Counted from the first letter of the stretch, positions 41,816 to 52,861 are shown. The stretch: 64,000 bases of DNA from Chthoniobacterales bacterium (GCA_038207335.1 JBBQZX010000006.1:1-64000), one strand, 5' to 3'. A program made the numbers and translations. The notes: a model not told the origin generated them from the letters alone.

Positions 41816-42568
41816 TCACTTTTGAAAGCGGCGGCGGTAGGCGCGCGGGGTCATGCCGGTGGCTCCGCGAAAGCATCGCGTGAAGTGGCTTTGGTCGGTG
41901 AAGCCTGTCTCGTCGGCGATATCGGCCAGCGTGCGTGCGGTTCCGCTCAGAAGGCTGCGCGCGGCTTGGACGCGCACGGTCCGCAGGTAGCTCGTCGGCG
42001 TCATGCGGAGGAGGTGCTGGAAACGGCGGTTGAAGTGAGTGGTGGACAGCCCGGCGAGTTCGGCCATGCCGGCCATCGACACGCTCCCCGCGAAGTGCAC
42101 CTCAATGTGGCGGATGACTGGGAGCAATTCGCGAAAGTGCCGCTCCTGCTCGGCGGGGCGCTCGATGCGATACATGGCCCCGGCGATGCCGAGCACTTTT
42201 CCGCCCGCATCGAGCAGCGGCACCTTGGTCGAAACATACCAGCGCGGCAGGCGATCGGCGTGGAAGACCAGCCACATCTGCCCGGGAATGCTCCGACGCG
42301 AGGACATCACGCGGCGATCCTCGGCCATGTAGGCCGCGGCCATCGCGGGCGGGTGAAAGTCGCGATCGTCGCGCCCGAGCATCTCAGACTCAGTGGACAA
42401 GCCGTGTGCGGCAACGGACGCGGGATTCACGCGCACGTAGCGGCTGTGCGTGTCTTTCGCGTAGAAGGCGACCTCGGGCAGGGAGTCGAAGAGCGCCATC
42501 ACGGTGGCTGCGGCAGGGCACCGCTGGAAGAAGGCGTCTTGAAAAGCGCGCGGGGAGGGAGTGAGCAT
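41816..42568 (-). CDS. AraC-family regulator with an N-terminal PAS domain
   Basis: LFDSLPEVAFYAKD..STKVPLLD; HTH with GFTDQSHFTRCF..GMTPRAYR. Confidence 0.9.
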   Translation of the reverse strand: MLTPSPRAFQDAFFQRCPAAATVMALFDSLPEVAFYAKDTHSRYVRVNPASVAAHGLSTESEMLGRDDRDFHPPAMAAAYMAEDRRVMSSRRSIPGQMWLVFHADRLPRWYVSTKVPLLDAGGKVLGIAGAMYRIERPAEQERHFRELLPVIRHIEVHFAGSVSMAGMAELAGLSTTHFNRRFQHLLRMTPTSYLRTVRVQAARSLLSGTARTLADIADETGFTDQSHFTRCFRGATGMTPRAYRRRFQK

Positions 42569-42640
42569 GGTCAGGGCATACCAAAATTTCTTGGACGGAT
42601 TCAATACATTGGCCTTCAGCAGCGTTAGACTTCGTTTCGT

Positions 42641-45175
42641 ATGACGCATTTCCGCGCACTGCCGCTCTTTCTCCTCGGCCTCTCCGGCATGTCGGCCGCA
42701 GCGCAGACGCCCGTGTCCTTCAACCGCGAGGTGCGGCCGATTCTTTCGGACCGGTGCTACTCCTGCCACGGTTCGGATGCGAGCCATCGCAAGGCGGATC
42801 GTCGTCTCGACACGCCCGAGGGCGCGCTCGCGAAGCTCGATGGGATCAAGGCGGTGGTGCCGGGGAAGCCGGAGGAAAGCGACGCGATCGAGCGCATTTT
42901 CAGCGACGATGCGGATGAGAAGATGCCGCCGCCGAAGTCGAACAAGACGCTGACGGCGGCGGAGAAGGAGACGCTGCGGCGGTGGGTCGTGGAGGGGGCG
43001 AAGTTCGAGCCGCATTGGGCTTTCGTCGCGCCGGTGCGACCGGAGGTGCCGGCGGGTGAAAGTGCGATCGACATTTTCGCAGAGAAGACGCTCGCGGCAA
43101 ATGGGCTCGGCTTTGCGCCGGAGGCGGAGAAGGGGACGCTGCTGCGGCGCGTAACGCTCGACCTGACGGGCCTGCCGCCCACGCTGGAGGAGATCGAGAG
43201 CTTTGAAAAAGACGCGGCCGCGGATGCCTACGAGCGCGCGGTGGATCGGCTGCTGGCTTCGCAGCGATACGGCGAACGCATGGCGATGGACTGGCTCGAC
43301 GCAACGCGTTACGCGGATACGAACGGCTACCAGGGCGACGCTTATCGGATGAACTGGCCGTGGCGGGATTGGGTGGTGAAGGCGTTCAACGACAACATGG
43401 CGTTCGACCGGTTCACGATCGAGCAACTAGCCGGGGATCTTTTGCCAGAGCCGACTCAGCCGCAAATGATCGCGACCGCTTTCAACCGAAATCACACGCT
43501 GAATGCGGAGGGCGGGACCGTCCCGGAGGAGAATCGCGTGAAGAATGTCTTCGATCGCGTGGAGACGACGAGCGGGGTCTTTCTCGGGCTCACGATGCAG
43601 TGCTGCCAGTGCCACGATCATAAGTTCGATCCGTTGAAGCAGAGCGATTATTACTCGATGTTCGCGCTGTTCAATCAGCTCAGTGAGCCGGGCGGCGTGG
43701 ACAAGCGGTTCGGGAAGAAGGATTACAGCGACGATTACGACAAGCTCTACGCGATTGAGTCGCCCTACCTCGCGGTGCCGACGGAGGAGAAGGCCGCGGA
43801 GCTGCAAGCGGCGACGGAAGCGACGAAGAAGGCGAACGCCGATTTTTACGCGAAGAAGGATGAGTTCACGCCGGCGTTTGTGAAATGGGTGGAGGAAATG
43901 CGCGCGGACACGTCGCTGATCGAGGCGCGGCTGACGGATGAATTCGACCGCCGCGCGGTGTCGTCCGCAAAGCTCGACAATCTTTACGACGGCAACACGC
44001 AGCGGCTGCTCGCGGCGTTTTTCACGATCGACGGGCACCCCGAATGGGCGGCGCTGAAGACCGCGATCGACGTGGCGAAGCGCGCCGAGGATCGCGTGCA
44101 GGAGAGCATCCCGCTCGTCATGGTGATGCGCGACGACAAGCCGCGAGAGACGCACATCCTGCAGCGCGGAAACTACGAAACGCCGGGCGAAAAAGTGCTG
44201 CCGAATGTGCCCGCTTTTCTCCCCCCACTGCCTGCGGGCGTGAAGGCGGATCGTCTCGCGCTGGCGAAATGGCTCGTCGCGCCGGAGCAGCCGCTGATGC
44301 CGCGAGTGACTGTGAATCGGCTCTGGCAGATGTTCTTCGGGCTGGGGCTGGTGAAGACGCCGAGCGATTTCGGGATGCAGGGCGCGCTGCCGTCGCACCC
44401 GGAATTGCTCGACTGGCTCGCCGTGGAATTCCGGGAGAGCGGCTGGGATGTGAAGCATCTCGTGAGGCTCATCGTGACGAGCCGTGCGTATCGGCAGTCT
44501 GCGGCGGTGACGCCCGAGTTGCTCGCCAAAGACCCGGAAAATGCGCTGCTCTCGCGAGGTCCGCGCTTCCGTATCGACTCGCGTTTTCTGCGTGATCAGG
44601 CGCTAGCGCTGGCGGGGTTGCTCGTGGAGAAGCGCGGCGGATTTCCAGTGATGCCGTATCAGCCGCCGGGCATATGGGAGGACATTAGCTTCGGCAAGAA
44701 CCGGTATTTTCAAGGCCACGGAGAAGACCTGTATCGCCGGAGCCTCTACACGTTTTGGAGGCGTAGCGCTGCGCCCGCGGATTTCTTCGACACGCCCGCA
44801 CGTCAGGTTTGCGCCTTAAAGCCGCAACGCACGAACACGCCGCTGCAAGCACTCACGACGCTGAACGACACGACCTACGTGGAGGCTGCGCGCGTCTGGG
44901 CCGAGCGCATTTCCGCGCTGCCCGGAGACGAGGCAAAGCTGCGCGAACTCGTGCGCGCAGCGACGGCGCGTGTTCCAGATGAGCGCGAACTTTCGTCGCT
45001 CGAAGCCACGCTCGCAAAAGCTCGGGCGCACTTTTCCCAAGACAAATCCGCCGCGGAGAAACTCGCCGCGACCGGCGAATCCGAACACGCCGCGAAGATC
45101 GATCCGGTCGAAGAAGCCGCGTGGGCGACCATCTGCCTGCTGGTCCTGAACCTCGACGAAACGCTGACCCGATGA
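42641..45175 (+). CDS. PSCyt1/PSCyt2/PSD1 (DUF1549/DUF1553) planctomycete cytochrome c protein
   Basis: FNREVRPILSDRCYSCHG, HWAF, YGERMA..WLD..RYADTNG, CCQCHDHKFDP, PSHPELLDWLA, TNTPLQAL. Confidence 0.95.
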   Translation: MTHFRALPLFLLGLSGMSAAAQTPVSFNREVRPILSDRCYSCHGSDASHRKADRRLDTPEGALAKLDGIKAVVPGKPEESDAIERIFSDDADEKMPPPKSNKTLTAAEKETLRRWVVEGAKFEPHWAFVAPVRPEVPAGESAIDIFAEKTLAANGLGFAPEAEKGTLLRRVTLDLTGLPPTLEEIESFEKDAAADAYERAVDRLLASQRYGERMAMDWLDATRYADTNGYQGDAYRMNWPWRDWVVKAFNDNMAFDRFTIEQLAGDLLPEPTQPQMIATAFNRNHTLNAEGGTVPEENRVKNVFDRVETTSGVFLGLTMQCCQCHDHKFDPLKQSDYYSMFALFNQLSEPGGVDKRFGKKDYSDDYDKLYAIESPYLAVPTEEKAAELQAATEATKKANADFYAKKDEFTPAFVKWVEEMRADTSLIEARLTDEFDRRAVSSAKLDNLYDGNTQRLLAAFFTIDGHPEWAALKTAIDVAKRAEDRVQESIPLVMVMRDDKPRETHILQRGNYETPGEKVLPNVPAFLPPLPAGVKADRLALAKWLVAPEQPLMPRVTVNRLWQMFFGLGLVKTPSDFGMQGALPSHPELLDWLAVEFRESGWDVKHLVRLIVTSRAYRQSAAVTPELLAKDPENALLSRGPRFRIDSRFLRDQALALAGLLVEKRGGFPVMPYQPPGIWEDISFGKNRYFQGHGEDLYRRSLYTFWRRSAAPADFFDTPARQVCALKPQRTNTPLQALTTLNDTTYVEAARVWAERISALPGDEAKLRELVRAATARVPDERELSSLEATLAKARAHFSQDKSAAEKLAATGESEHAAKIDPVEEAAWATICLLVLNLDETLTR

Positions 45176-45278
45176 GCGCGCGCCTGCTCGAAGGGGGTCA
45201 CGATCTGCGAAGTTCCTCCGGGAGGAATATCTGGCTTTCGCTCGAACCGCTCGGCTCAACCCAATTTCCACCGCAACT

Positions 45279-46721
45279 ATGAACCCGCTTCTCGAACACG
45301 CGAACCTCCTCACTCGCCGCCGCTTTCTCACCACGACGGCGCTTACGCTCGGCTGGCCAGCGCTTCACTCACTGCTCGGCGCCGAGAGCAAGGCGCCGCT
45401 TGGCTTGCCGGGGCTGCCGCATTTTGCGCCGAAGGCGAAGCGCGTGATCTACATGATGCAGACGGGCGGGCCGTCGCACGTCGATCTTTTCGACGACAAG
45501 CCGGAGCTGAGCAAAATGCGCGGTCAGGACATCCCGGAGAGCGTGCTCGGCGGCTTGCGGCTCACGACGATGACGGCGGGGCAGAAGGCGAAGCCGTGCC
45601 TCCCGGCGGCCTTTGGCGGGAGCCCGCGCGGGCAGTGTGGAATGTGGGTGAGCGACCTGCTGCCCCACACCGCTAGCATCGCCGATGACCTCACCTTTAT
45701 CCGCTCGATGCACGGCGAGCAGATCAATCACGCGCCCGCGGTGACGCACATGTTGTGCGGACACAATCTGCCGGGACGGCCGAGCATTGGCGCGTGGCTC
45801 ACGTATGGGCTCGGCTCGGAGGCGGAAAATCTGCCGGGTTTTGTCGTGATGACTTCGCGAGATCAGGAGGCGAGCTGCGGGCAGTTTTTCTACGACTTCT
45901 ATTGGAGTTCGGGCTTTCTGCCGGGGAAATTTCAGGGCGTCCCATTTCGCGGGGCAGGGGATCCGGTGCTTTATCTCTCGAATCCGGACGGCATGGATCG
46001 CGAGCTGCGGCGCACGATGCTCGATGGGCTCGCGGAGATGAATCACTTCGCGCACGAGCGCGTGGGCGACCCGGAAATCAACACGCGAATTTCGCAGTAC
46101 GAGATGGGATTCAAGATGCAGGCGAGCGTGCCGGAGCTGACCGACCTCTCGAGCGAACCGCAGAGCGTGCTCGACCTCTACGGGCCCGATGTGAAACGCA
46201 AAGGCAGCTTCGCGTACAACTGCCTCATGGCGCGCCGACTTGCCGAGCGCGGCGTGAGGTACGTGCAGCTTTTGCACGCGGGATGGGATCAGCATGGGAA
46301 TCTGCCGACGCAACTGCCGATCCAGTGCCGCGACACGGATCAGGCGAGCGCGGCGCTGGTGCAGGATTTAAAGGCGCGCGGTATGCTCGACGACACTCTC
46401 GTGATTTGGGGCGGCGAATTCGGCCGCACGCCATTCGTGCAGGGCGACATCAGCAACCCGAAAGCGCACGGGCGCGATCATCATCCGCGCGCTTTCACGG
46501 TGTGGCTCGCGGGCGGCGGTGTGAAGCGCGGCTGCGTCTATGGCAGCAGCGACGAGTTCGCTTTTCACGCTGTAGAAAATCCGGTGCATGTCCACGACCT
46601 GCAGGCCACGCTGCTGCATCTGTGCGGGATCAATCACGAGCGATTCACGTACAAATTTCAGGGTCGTGATTTTCGCCTAACCGACGTGCATGGAGACGTG
46701 GTGAAGGGCGTGCTCGCGTAG
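45279..46721 (+). CDS. DUF1501 domain protein (Tat-exported)
   Basis: TRRRFL Tat motif; [40 protein letters not shown]. Confidence 0.95.
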   Translation: MNPLLEHANLLTRRRFLTTTALTLGWPALHSLLGAESKAPLGLPGLPHFAPKAKRVIYMMQTGGPSHVDLFDDKPELSKMRGQDIPESVLGGLRLTTMTAGQKAKPCLPAAFGGSPRGQCGMWVSDLLPHTASIADDLTFIRSMHGEQINHAPAVTHMLCGHNLPGRPSIGAWLTYGLGSEAENLPGFVVMTSRDQEASCGQFFYDFYWSSGFLPGKFQGVPFRGAGDPVLYLSNPDGMDRELRRTMLDGLAEMNHFAHERVGDPEINTRISQYEMGFKMQASVPELTDLSSEPQSVLDLYGPDVKRKGSFAYNCLMARRLAERGVRYVQLLHAGWDQHGNLPTQLPIQCRDTDQASAALVQDLKARGMLDDTLVIWGGEFGRTPFVQGDISNPKAHGRDHHPRAFTVWLAGGGVKRGCVYGSSDEFAFHAVENPVHVHDLQATLLHLCGINHERFTYKFQGRDFRLTDVHGDVVKGVLA

Positions 46722-46773
46722 ATACTTTGGGAAACTCGTTACGCTGGAACTCGTCCGCCTCGACCATTGCATT

Positions 46774-47730
46774 TTGAAATACCTGCCAATTTCTTTCGCT
46801 GCCTTGGCGTTGCTCTCTCTTCCCGCTGTCGCCGAGACGCCAACTGAGTCCGTTACGTCCACTCCCGGCCTTGTCGCGTTTTGGACGTTTGCGGAGGCGG
46901 GGGGCCAGCCGCGTGTCTCTACTGGCACGGCGACAAAACATCCGCTCAAGGAGGTCGGCGGAGAGATTGCACGCGTGGAAGGCGGACCGTACTCCGGCTT
47001 CGCTGCCGAGTTGGATGGAAAACACTATTTCACCATTCCTTATGCCGAGACGGCCGACCTGAATATCTCCGGGCCGGAGGCGCAGATTTCGATGTTTGCC
47101 GTCGTCCGCATCGTGAATCTCAAGCAAAGCCGGACGATCGCGGGCATGTGGAGCGAGGGGAAAGGAGCGAACGACGACTCCGGCACGCGGCAGTATGCGA
47201 TGCTGATGAATATGCCGACCTATGGCGGTGCGAACAAACTCGTGCCGCACATCAGCAGCGAAGGCGGTGTGACGCGGCGAGCGGATGGGAGTGCATTTCC
47301 GTGGTGCGCGGACTATGGCGTCTCTGCGCAGGAAGTGCCGACGGAGCAGTGGTGTTCGCTGGCTTTCACATACGATGGGAAGTTTATCCGTGCCTATGTG
47401 AATGGCGTCGCGGAAGCGCCCGCTTTCGATCCTGTGAGACTGAATCGCAACGACCGTTATTTCCTTACCGAAGGCCCCGGTGGTGGCTCCCGCGGCTTGA
47501 ATCCTTATTTTCACGGGCGTGGTATTTTCAAATACGACCCCGCAAGGCATGCGGACACGAAGCCCGGCGGCGGCAGTAACTTTACCGTCGGTGCGCGGTA
47601 CGCAGTGGGTAAAATGCTCGGTGAGGCGACGATCGGAAAGTTCGGCGGCCTCGCGGTATGGAATCGCGCCCTCACCGATGCCGAAATCACAACGCTGCAC
47701 GGCGCGGTGAAGGTCGATCAGTTCAAATAG
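46774..47730 (+). CDS. Secreted LamG/ConA-like jellyroll protein
   Basis: Signal peptide; [35 protein letters not shown]. Confidence 0.75.
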   Translation: MKYLPISFAALALLSLPAVAETPTESVTSTPGLVAFWTFAEAGGQPRVSTGTATKHPLKEVGGEIARVEGGPYSGFAAELDGKHYFTIPYAETADLNISGPEAQISMFAVVRIVNLKQSRTIAGMWSEGKGANDDSGTRQYAMLMNMPTYGGANKLVPHISSEGGVTRRADGSAFPWCADYGVSAQEVPTEQWCSLAFTYDGKFIRAYVNGVAEAPAFDPVRLNRNDRYFLTEGPGGGSRGLNPYFHGRGIFKYDPARHADTKPGGGSNFTVGARYAVGKMLGEATIGKFGGLAVWNRALTDAEITTLHGAVKVDQFK

Positions 47731-47748
47731 CTGGCTTCAGCAATCAAT

Positions 47749-47773
47749 CGCCACGAACGACTGGCGCTTTTTT
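47749..47773 (+). terminator. Possible weak intrinsic terminator
   Basis: cgcca-N8-tggcg followed by c-tttttt after the LamG gene. Confidence 0.3.
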
Positions 47774-47828
47774 GGTAACGACACCGAGTCCACTTTTCGT
47801 CGATGCGGTTCGATGTGCGAGACACGCC

Positions 47829-48905
47829 CTAGTGAATACTCGCGGACGATTGGACTTCGACGGCGGTATGGAAGCCGTCGGCGATGACGGTGGCGGCCAT
47901 GTTTTCGTTCGTCACGGCGATTACGTCGAGGAGAACGCTGGGGACTTTTATTTTGCCGTTGTCGATTTCGGATTTGGCGATGATGGGACGGCGTCGGGCG
48001 AGTTGGACGGCGAGGTCCGCGGCTTGGGTGGCGAGGCGGCTGAGCGGCTTGTAAATGGTCATCGCCTGCGTGCCGGCCATGATTCGCTGGCAGGCAGCGA
48101 GTTCGGCATCCTGGCCGGTGACGAGGATCTTGCCGGCAAGCCCTTCCTCGGTGAGCGCCTGGATCGCGCCGCCGGCGGTGCCGTCATTTGAGGCGAGGAT
48201 CGCGTCGAAGGGCGGCGCGTTTTGCGCGCCGGCTTTTGTCAGCGCGGCGTTGGCGATCTTCTTGGCGTTCTCGGGCTTCCAATCTTCCGCCCAGTCCTCA
48301 TGCACGATTTCGATTGCGCCGCTTCTGATCAGCGGGTCGAGAACGCGGTCCTGGCCTTCCTTGAAAAGCGCGGCGTTGTTGTCTGTCTTCGAGCCGTAGA
48401 TGCGGACGAGGCGCTTCGTCCCTCCGCCCGCCGCGGTGAACTTGTCCGCGAGAAATTGCGCCTGCAGCTCCCCGACCTTCACGTTGTCGAAGGTCATGTA
48501 AATATCGAGGTCGCAGCCGGTGATGAGGCGGTCGTAGGCGAGCACGGGAATGCCAGCATCGTGCGCGAGGGCGACGGCTTTTGCCATTGCCGCGCCGTTG
48601 TGCGGGATGATGACGAGCGCATCGACGCCGCTGGTGATAAGTGCCTGCACGTCGCCGATTTGGCGAGCGTCGTCGCTGTTTGCGGAATTCACCTGCACGT
48701 CAGCGCCGAGTTCTTTCGAGCGCGCGACGAACATGTCGCGATCGCCCTGCCAGCGCTCTTCTTTCAATGTATCCATCGACAGCCCGATGAGCGGACGCTG
48801 GCGCGCAGTGGCCACCGCGCCGGTGCCGCTGCGGCGCGAGAGGGCGAGGCCGATGAGGATGCTGAGAAGGAGGGAGACGATGACGAGCGAGAGGCGGAGC
48901 TTCAT
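47829..48905 (-). CDS. xylF: D-xylose-type sugar ABC substrate-binding protein
   Basis: LKEERWQGD, LAYDRLI, TFDNVKVG, DNNA, ASNDGTAGG, TGQDAEL, TIYKP. Confidence 0.8.
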   Translation of the reverse strand: MKLRLSLVIVSLLLSILIGLALSRRSGTGAVATARQRPLIGLSMDTLKEERWQGDRDMFVARSKELGADVQVNSANSDDARQIGDVQALITSGVDALVIIPHNGAAMAKAVALAHDAGIPVLAYDRLITGCDLDIYMTFDNVKVGELQAQFLADKFTAAGGGTKRLVRIYGSKTDNNAALFKEGQDRVLDPLIRSGAIEIVHEDWAEDWKPENAKKIANAALTKAGAQNAPPFDAILASNDGTAGGAIQALTEEGLAGKILVTGQDAELAACQRIMAGTQAMTIYKPLSRLATQAADLAVQLARRRPIIAKSEIDNGKIKVPSVLLDVIAVTNENMAATVIADGFHTAVEVQSSASIH

Positions 48906-48955
48906 GGGGGAGCCGGGGATTTATCGGCTGGCGCGGGACGGTGCAAACTCTGTGG

Positions 48956-50152
48956 CTACAGCACGCTTTGATAGATCGCTTCGAGTGTGCGGGCTTGCGC
49001 GTGGAGGTCGAATTTTCCCGCCACGGCGCGCGCGGCGGCGGCGCTCATGTGGGCGAAGCGCGGTGCGTCGGCAGCGAGTTCGAGCATCGCGTCAGCGAGC
49101 GCGGCGTGGTCGCGCTCGGCGACGAGGAGACCGCTGATGTCGTGCTCGACCGCCTCGGCGATGCCGCCGTGCGTGGTGGCGAGAATCGCGAGCCCGCTGG
49201 CCATCGCTTCGAGCATGGAATTTGGCACGCCCTCCTGATCGCCATCGGGCCCGAGTTCGCTCGGGTGGAGGAAAAGATGAGACTCAGCGAAAAGCGCGCG
49301 CAGCTTTTCCTGTGGCAAAAAGCCGGTGAAGAAGACCGCATCGCCAATGCCGAGCTCCGCCGCGAGCGTTCGGAGATCCTCTGCCAGCGGACCTTCGCCG
49401 GCGATGGTGAAAGTCGCGCGCGGATGCAATCGTGCGAATTTGGCGAATGCACGCAGGCTCGTCTTGATCCCCTTTTTCTCGATGAGCCGGCAAGCCTGCA
49501 CGCACCGCCAACCGCCGTCGGCGGGTGCCTGTCTCATGCGAAAGGTGACGCTATCGAGCGGGATGCCGGTGCGGTGCAGCCGGATTTTTCCCGGATCGCA
49601 GCCAAGCGCGATGAGCCGTGTGCGGATCGATTCGGAGCGGACGAGGAGCAGTTTCGCGAGCGCGAACATCCGCTGCGTGAGCGCGAGATGCGCGGGGTGA
49701 TTGAGGTCGACTTGCGCGTCCGCACCGTGAAAGGAAACGACGATGGGAAGGTCCGAGATTTCGAGAAGCGGCAGCAAATGGACGCCGATGTGGCCGAAGT
49801 AAATGTGGATGACGCGCGCCTCCGCGGCGTGCATCGCGGCGAGGATGCGGCGCGCTTCGCCGCGGTAGATCGTGATTGGCCGCCCGAGGATTTGTTTTTG
49901 CCAAATGCGCCGGAGCGGGTGTGTGCGCGGCTTTGGAATGACGATGACATCGTCGAATGGAAACTCCGCGGCTCGCTCGCGTTTTTGTGCGAAAACGACG
50001 GGCCGGAATTCGCGCAGCGCCCGGAGCTGGCGGTAGATGTGGAGCATTTCGGGTTTGAGAAAGGTGACCACGTAAGCGGCGATCACCGCTCGCGGAGGCT
50101 GATGTTCGCTTGATTCGCTGAGTTTCAATGTGGGGGATGCGTCCGGCTTCAC
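48956..50152 (-). CDS. GT4 glycosyltransferase (WcaL-like)
   Basis: SFHGAD, RLIEKKG, DQEGVPNSMLEAMASG, THGGIAEAV. Confidence 0.9.
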   Translation of the reverse strand: MKPDASPTLKLSESSEHQPPRAVIAAYVVTFLKPEMLHIYRQLRALREFRPVVFAQKRERAAEFPFDDVIVIPKPRTHPLRRIWQKQILGRPITIYRGEARRILAAMHAAEARVIHIYFGHIGVHLLPLLEISDLPIVVSFHGADAQVDLNHPAHLALTQRMFALAKLLLVRSESIRTRLIALGCDPGKIRLHRTGIPLDSVTFRMRQAPADGGWRCVQACRLIEKKGIKTSLRAFAKFARLHPRATFTIAGEGPLAEDLRTLAAELGIGDAVFFTGFLPQEKLRALFAESHLFLHPSELGPDGDQEGVPNSMLEAMASGLAILATTHGGIAEAVEHDISGLLVAERDHAALADAMLELAADAPRFAHMSAAAARAVAGKFDLHAQARTLEAIYQSVL

Positions 50153-50198
50153 TTCATCGCTCGAATGTCGAGCGGCGCGACTCTATGTTGCGCCGGAC

Positions 50199-50486
50199 AT
50201 GCGACGGGAACTCCAAATTTTAAATGAACTAGGACTGCACGCGCGACCGGCGTCGGAGTTCGTGCGCGCTGTGCGGCAGTTCAAATCCGAGGTGCGGATT
50301 TGCAAAGACGAGGGCTTTTTCTCCGCCGCGAGCATCCTGGAAGTGCTCAGCGCGAACCTAGACTGCGGCGCGCAGATCGTGATCGAGGCGGAGGGGCCGG
50401 ACGCGTGCGAGGCGCTCGACCGGCTCGAGCAACTGCTGCGCGATTTCCGCACGCAGGAGGAGACGGAGCGTGGCTCGGCTTCGTGA
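50199..50486 (+). CDS. ptsH: HPr phosphocarrier protein
   Basis: GLHARPAS (His15) and SAASILEVL (Ser46 region). Confidence 0.9.
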   Translation: MRRELQILNELGLHARPASEFVRAVRQFKSEVRICKDEGFFSAASILEVLSANLDCGAQIVIEAEGPDACEALDRLEQLLRDFRTQEETERGSAS

Positions 50487-50522
50487 TTGTGACTTGCCGC
50501 GCGGCTTCCTACCGTCCGCGGC

Positions 50523-51497
50523 GTGAGCGATTTTCTCGATCAGGCACGGCGCGTCCTCGCGCTGGAAATTGGTGAGTTGCAGCGTCTTGAAGCGCGGCTC
50601 GACGGTTCATTTTCGCATGCCATCGAGCTGCTGCTCGCGTGCGTGGCCGCGCGGGGAAAGATTGTGGTTTGCGGCGTGGGGAAGTCCGGGCACATCGGCG
50701 AGAAAATCGCGGCGACACTGACCAGCACGGGATCCCCGGCCGTCGTACTTCACTCGCTGAATGCGCTCCACGGCGATCTCGGCGTGGTCGCGGATGGGGA
50801 CGCGGTGCTCGCGCTCAGCTACAGTGGCGAGACGGATGAACTCGTGAATATCCTTCCGGCGCTCGCGCGCTTCGACGTGAAAATCGTGTCGATGACGGGC
50901 AATCCGAAGTCCTTCGTGGCGATGAACAGTGACGTGCATCTTGATGTGAACGTGGCGCAGGAGGCGTGCCCGCTGAACCTCGCGCCGACCTCGAGCACGA
51001 CGGCAATGCTGGTGCTCGGCGATGCGCTGGCGATGGTGCTGCTGGAGGCGCGTGGATTTACGAAAGACGACTTCGCGCGTTACCACCCGAGCGGAAAACT
51101 CGGCCGCACGCTGCTGCTGAAAGTCCGCCAGATCATGCGCGGCGCGGAGCAGATGGCGCTCGTGAATCCGTCGATGCGCGTGCGCGAGGTGTTGCGCGAA
51201 ATGAATCGCTGCCGCGCGGGCGCGGCCGTGGCGGTGGATGAGAGCGGCGCGCTCGCGGGGATCTTCACGCATGGAGATTTCGCGCGGCATTTCGAGACAA
51301 CGCCGGGAATCGGCGAGATGGCGGTCGAGCCATTTCTCACGTTGCGGCCGATCACGATCGGAGCGGAAAAGCTGGCGGCAGAAGTGCTGCACATTTTGGA
51401 AAAGCACCGCATCGACGACCTCGTAGTGCTCGATGAAAACAGCCGCCCAATCGGCGTCGTGGACTCGCAGGACCTCGCGAGATTTAAGCTGCTCTAA
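50523..51497 (+). CDS. kdsD: Arabinose-5-phosphate isomerase (KpsF/GutQ, SIS + CBS)
   Basis: GVGKSGHIG.KIAATLTSTG, HGDLG, EACPLNLAPTSSTT, HPSGKLG. Confidence 0.92.
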   Translation: MSDFLDQARRVLALEIGELQRLEARLDGSFSHAIELLLACVAARGKIVVCGVGKSGHIGEKIAATLTSTGSPAVVLHSLNALHGDLGVVADGDAVLALSYSGETDELVNILPALARFDVKIVSMTGNPKSFVAMNSDVHLDVNVAQEACPLNLAPTSSTTAMLVLGDALAMVLLEARGFTKDDFARYHPSGKLGRTLLLKVRQIMRGAEQMALVNPSMRVREVLREMNRCRAGAAVAVDESGALAGIFTHGDFARHFETTPGIGEMAVEPFLTLRPITIGAEKLAAEVLHILEKHRIDDLVVLDENSRPIGVVDSQDLARFKLL

Positions 51498-51727
51498 CTC
51501 TGCTCGAGGTGCGCGAGCGCTTTGTCATAGCTGCAGCGCGAGAGGTAGTGCGCGAGTTGCGGATCGACTGGAGCGGGGAGTGCCGCTTGCAAACGAACGA
51601 TTTCTTCGGACGCGTTTTTTAGCCGATCGAAATGAGCCGCCGGGTCGCTGGCATATGCCTCGCGGTCGGCGATGACTTCGAGCCGCGTGCGCAGGGCGTC
51701 GGCAAGTTCGCGGTGAATGGGTGACAT
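51494..51727 (-). CDS. Small hypothetical protein
   Basis: MSPIHRELADALRTRL..DPQLAHYLSRCSYDKALAHLE; coding-like composition. Confidence 0.6.
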   Translation of the reverse strand: MSPIHRELADALRTRLEVIADREAYASDPAAHFDRLKNASEEIVRLQAALPAPVDPQLAHYLSRCSYDKALAHLEQS

Positions 51728-51813
51728 GCGGCCGATACTTCGGCGACGGAGATTCGGCTGTCGAATGAGTTCTGCATTGCGACGCCGCGACTTTTCACCC
51801 ACAACGCTGCCAA

Positions 51814-52230
51814 ATGGCGGGCGCGCAAAAATCGATCTTGGTCGTGGATGACGACGTGCTGATCCTGCGTCTGGTGCGCGAGTCGCTGACCGTGATGATG
51901 GACTGCGAGGTGGAGACGACGCCGAGTCCGGAGTATGCGTTCGAGCGGATTTTAAAGCGGCACTACGACCTGTTGATCGTCGATTTTTCGCTCCCGAGAA
52001 TCGATGGCGCCATGCTTTACCTGCTTGTTTCGAAGCTCTTCGCGATCCACCCGCCGGAGGGGCGGCCGTTGCCGCCGCTGCTCCTGATTTCCGGTCACGC
52101 CACAGAGCCTCGCGCGCAGGCACTGCTGCGGGAGCCGGGTGTGCGCGGGCTCGTGGCGAAGCCCTTCACGATCGAGCTGTTGCTCGACCGGGTCAGCGAG
52201 GCACTCCGTCTCGGCGAATCCGCGAGTTAG
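51814..52230 (+). CDS. Single-domain response regulator
   Basis: ILVVDDD, LLIVDFSLPRIDG, ISGH, AKPF. Confidence 0.85.
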   Translation: MAGAQKSILVVDDDVLILRLVRESLTVMMDCEVETTPSPEYAFERILKRHYDLLIVDFSLPRIDGAMLYLLVSKLFAIHPPEGRPLPPLLLISGHATEPRAQALLREPGVRGLVAKPFTIELLLDRVSEALRLGESAS

Positions 52231-52655
52231 CGCTTTTTGGACTTCGGAGCCGTGCCGCGCTCGGAAGCGATTTGGCGCTCGGCTTCGATCCAGTCCTGAC
52301 TTTCGTCGCCCGCCCGGCCTTCTGCCCGGCGTTTTTCCGAGATGAAATAGGCGCGCATCGCGATGTCGCTGGTAGAAATCGCCGCGACGGTTGCGCCATC
52401 GGAGGAGGGAAATTGGCCATCCGGCTTGGCCGCTGCGCGCGTCTTTATCGGAGTCGCGGGCTCGGCGGCTTTGGTCGCTGTTGGCTTGGCTGGCGGCGTC
52501 ATCGGCGAGGGCGCTTGAGGCACCTCGGCCTTGCGCTGAGGTAAGGGAGTGGCGGCCTTTGGGGCGGCTGGTTTGGGTGCGACGGCCGGCTTGCTGGTGG
52601 ACGCGTTTGCTGGTGCGGGGGCGGCAGCTTTTGGAGTGACGTTCTTTTTAGGCAT
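52227..52655 (-). CDS. DUF2934 domain protein with a Pro/Ala/Lys-rich N-terminus
   Basis: IAMRAYFISEKR..GDESQDWIEAERQI. Confidence 0.8.
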   Translation of the reverse strand: MPKKNVTPKAAAPAPANASTSKPAVAPKPAAPKAATPLPQRKAEVPQAPSPMTPPAKPTATKAAEPATPIKTRAAAKPDGQFPSSDGATVAAISTSDIAMRAYFISEKRRAEGRAGDESQDWIEAERQIASERGTAPKSKKR

Positions 52656-52861
52656 AATTTCTCTTTTCTAACGAATCTGCGAATGCCCTGGAGGAACGCC
52701 GGTCGCCCAGCAGGAACGGCGGGGAGAATTGCAGATCGAAACGAGGCCGTAAACTCCAAACGTGGGCTCGTCCACACTGATCCCAGCATCGGGGAAGTGC
52801 CCGTCGGTCCGCGCTTGACCGCCGCGCGCGGCAATTTAATTTTGCGGAAGTTCTTTGTTTT

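Noticed and set aside
42569..43426. 536-aa version of the AraC ORF
   Set aside because: The extension is antisense to the PSD1 gene.
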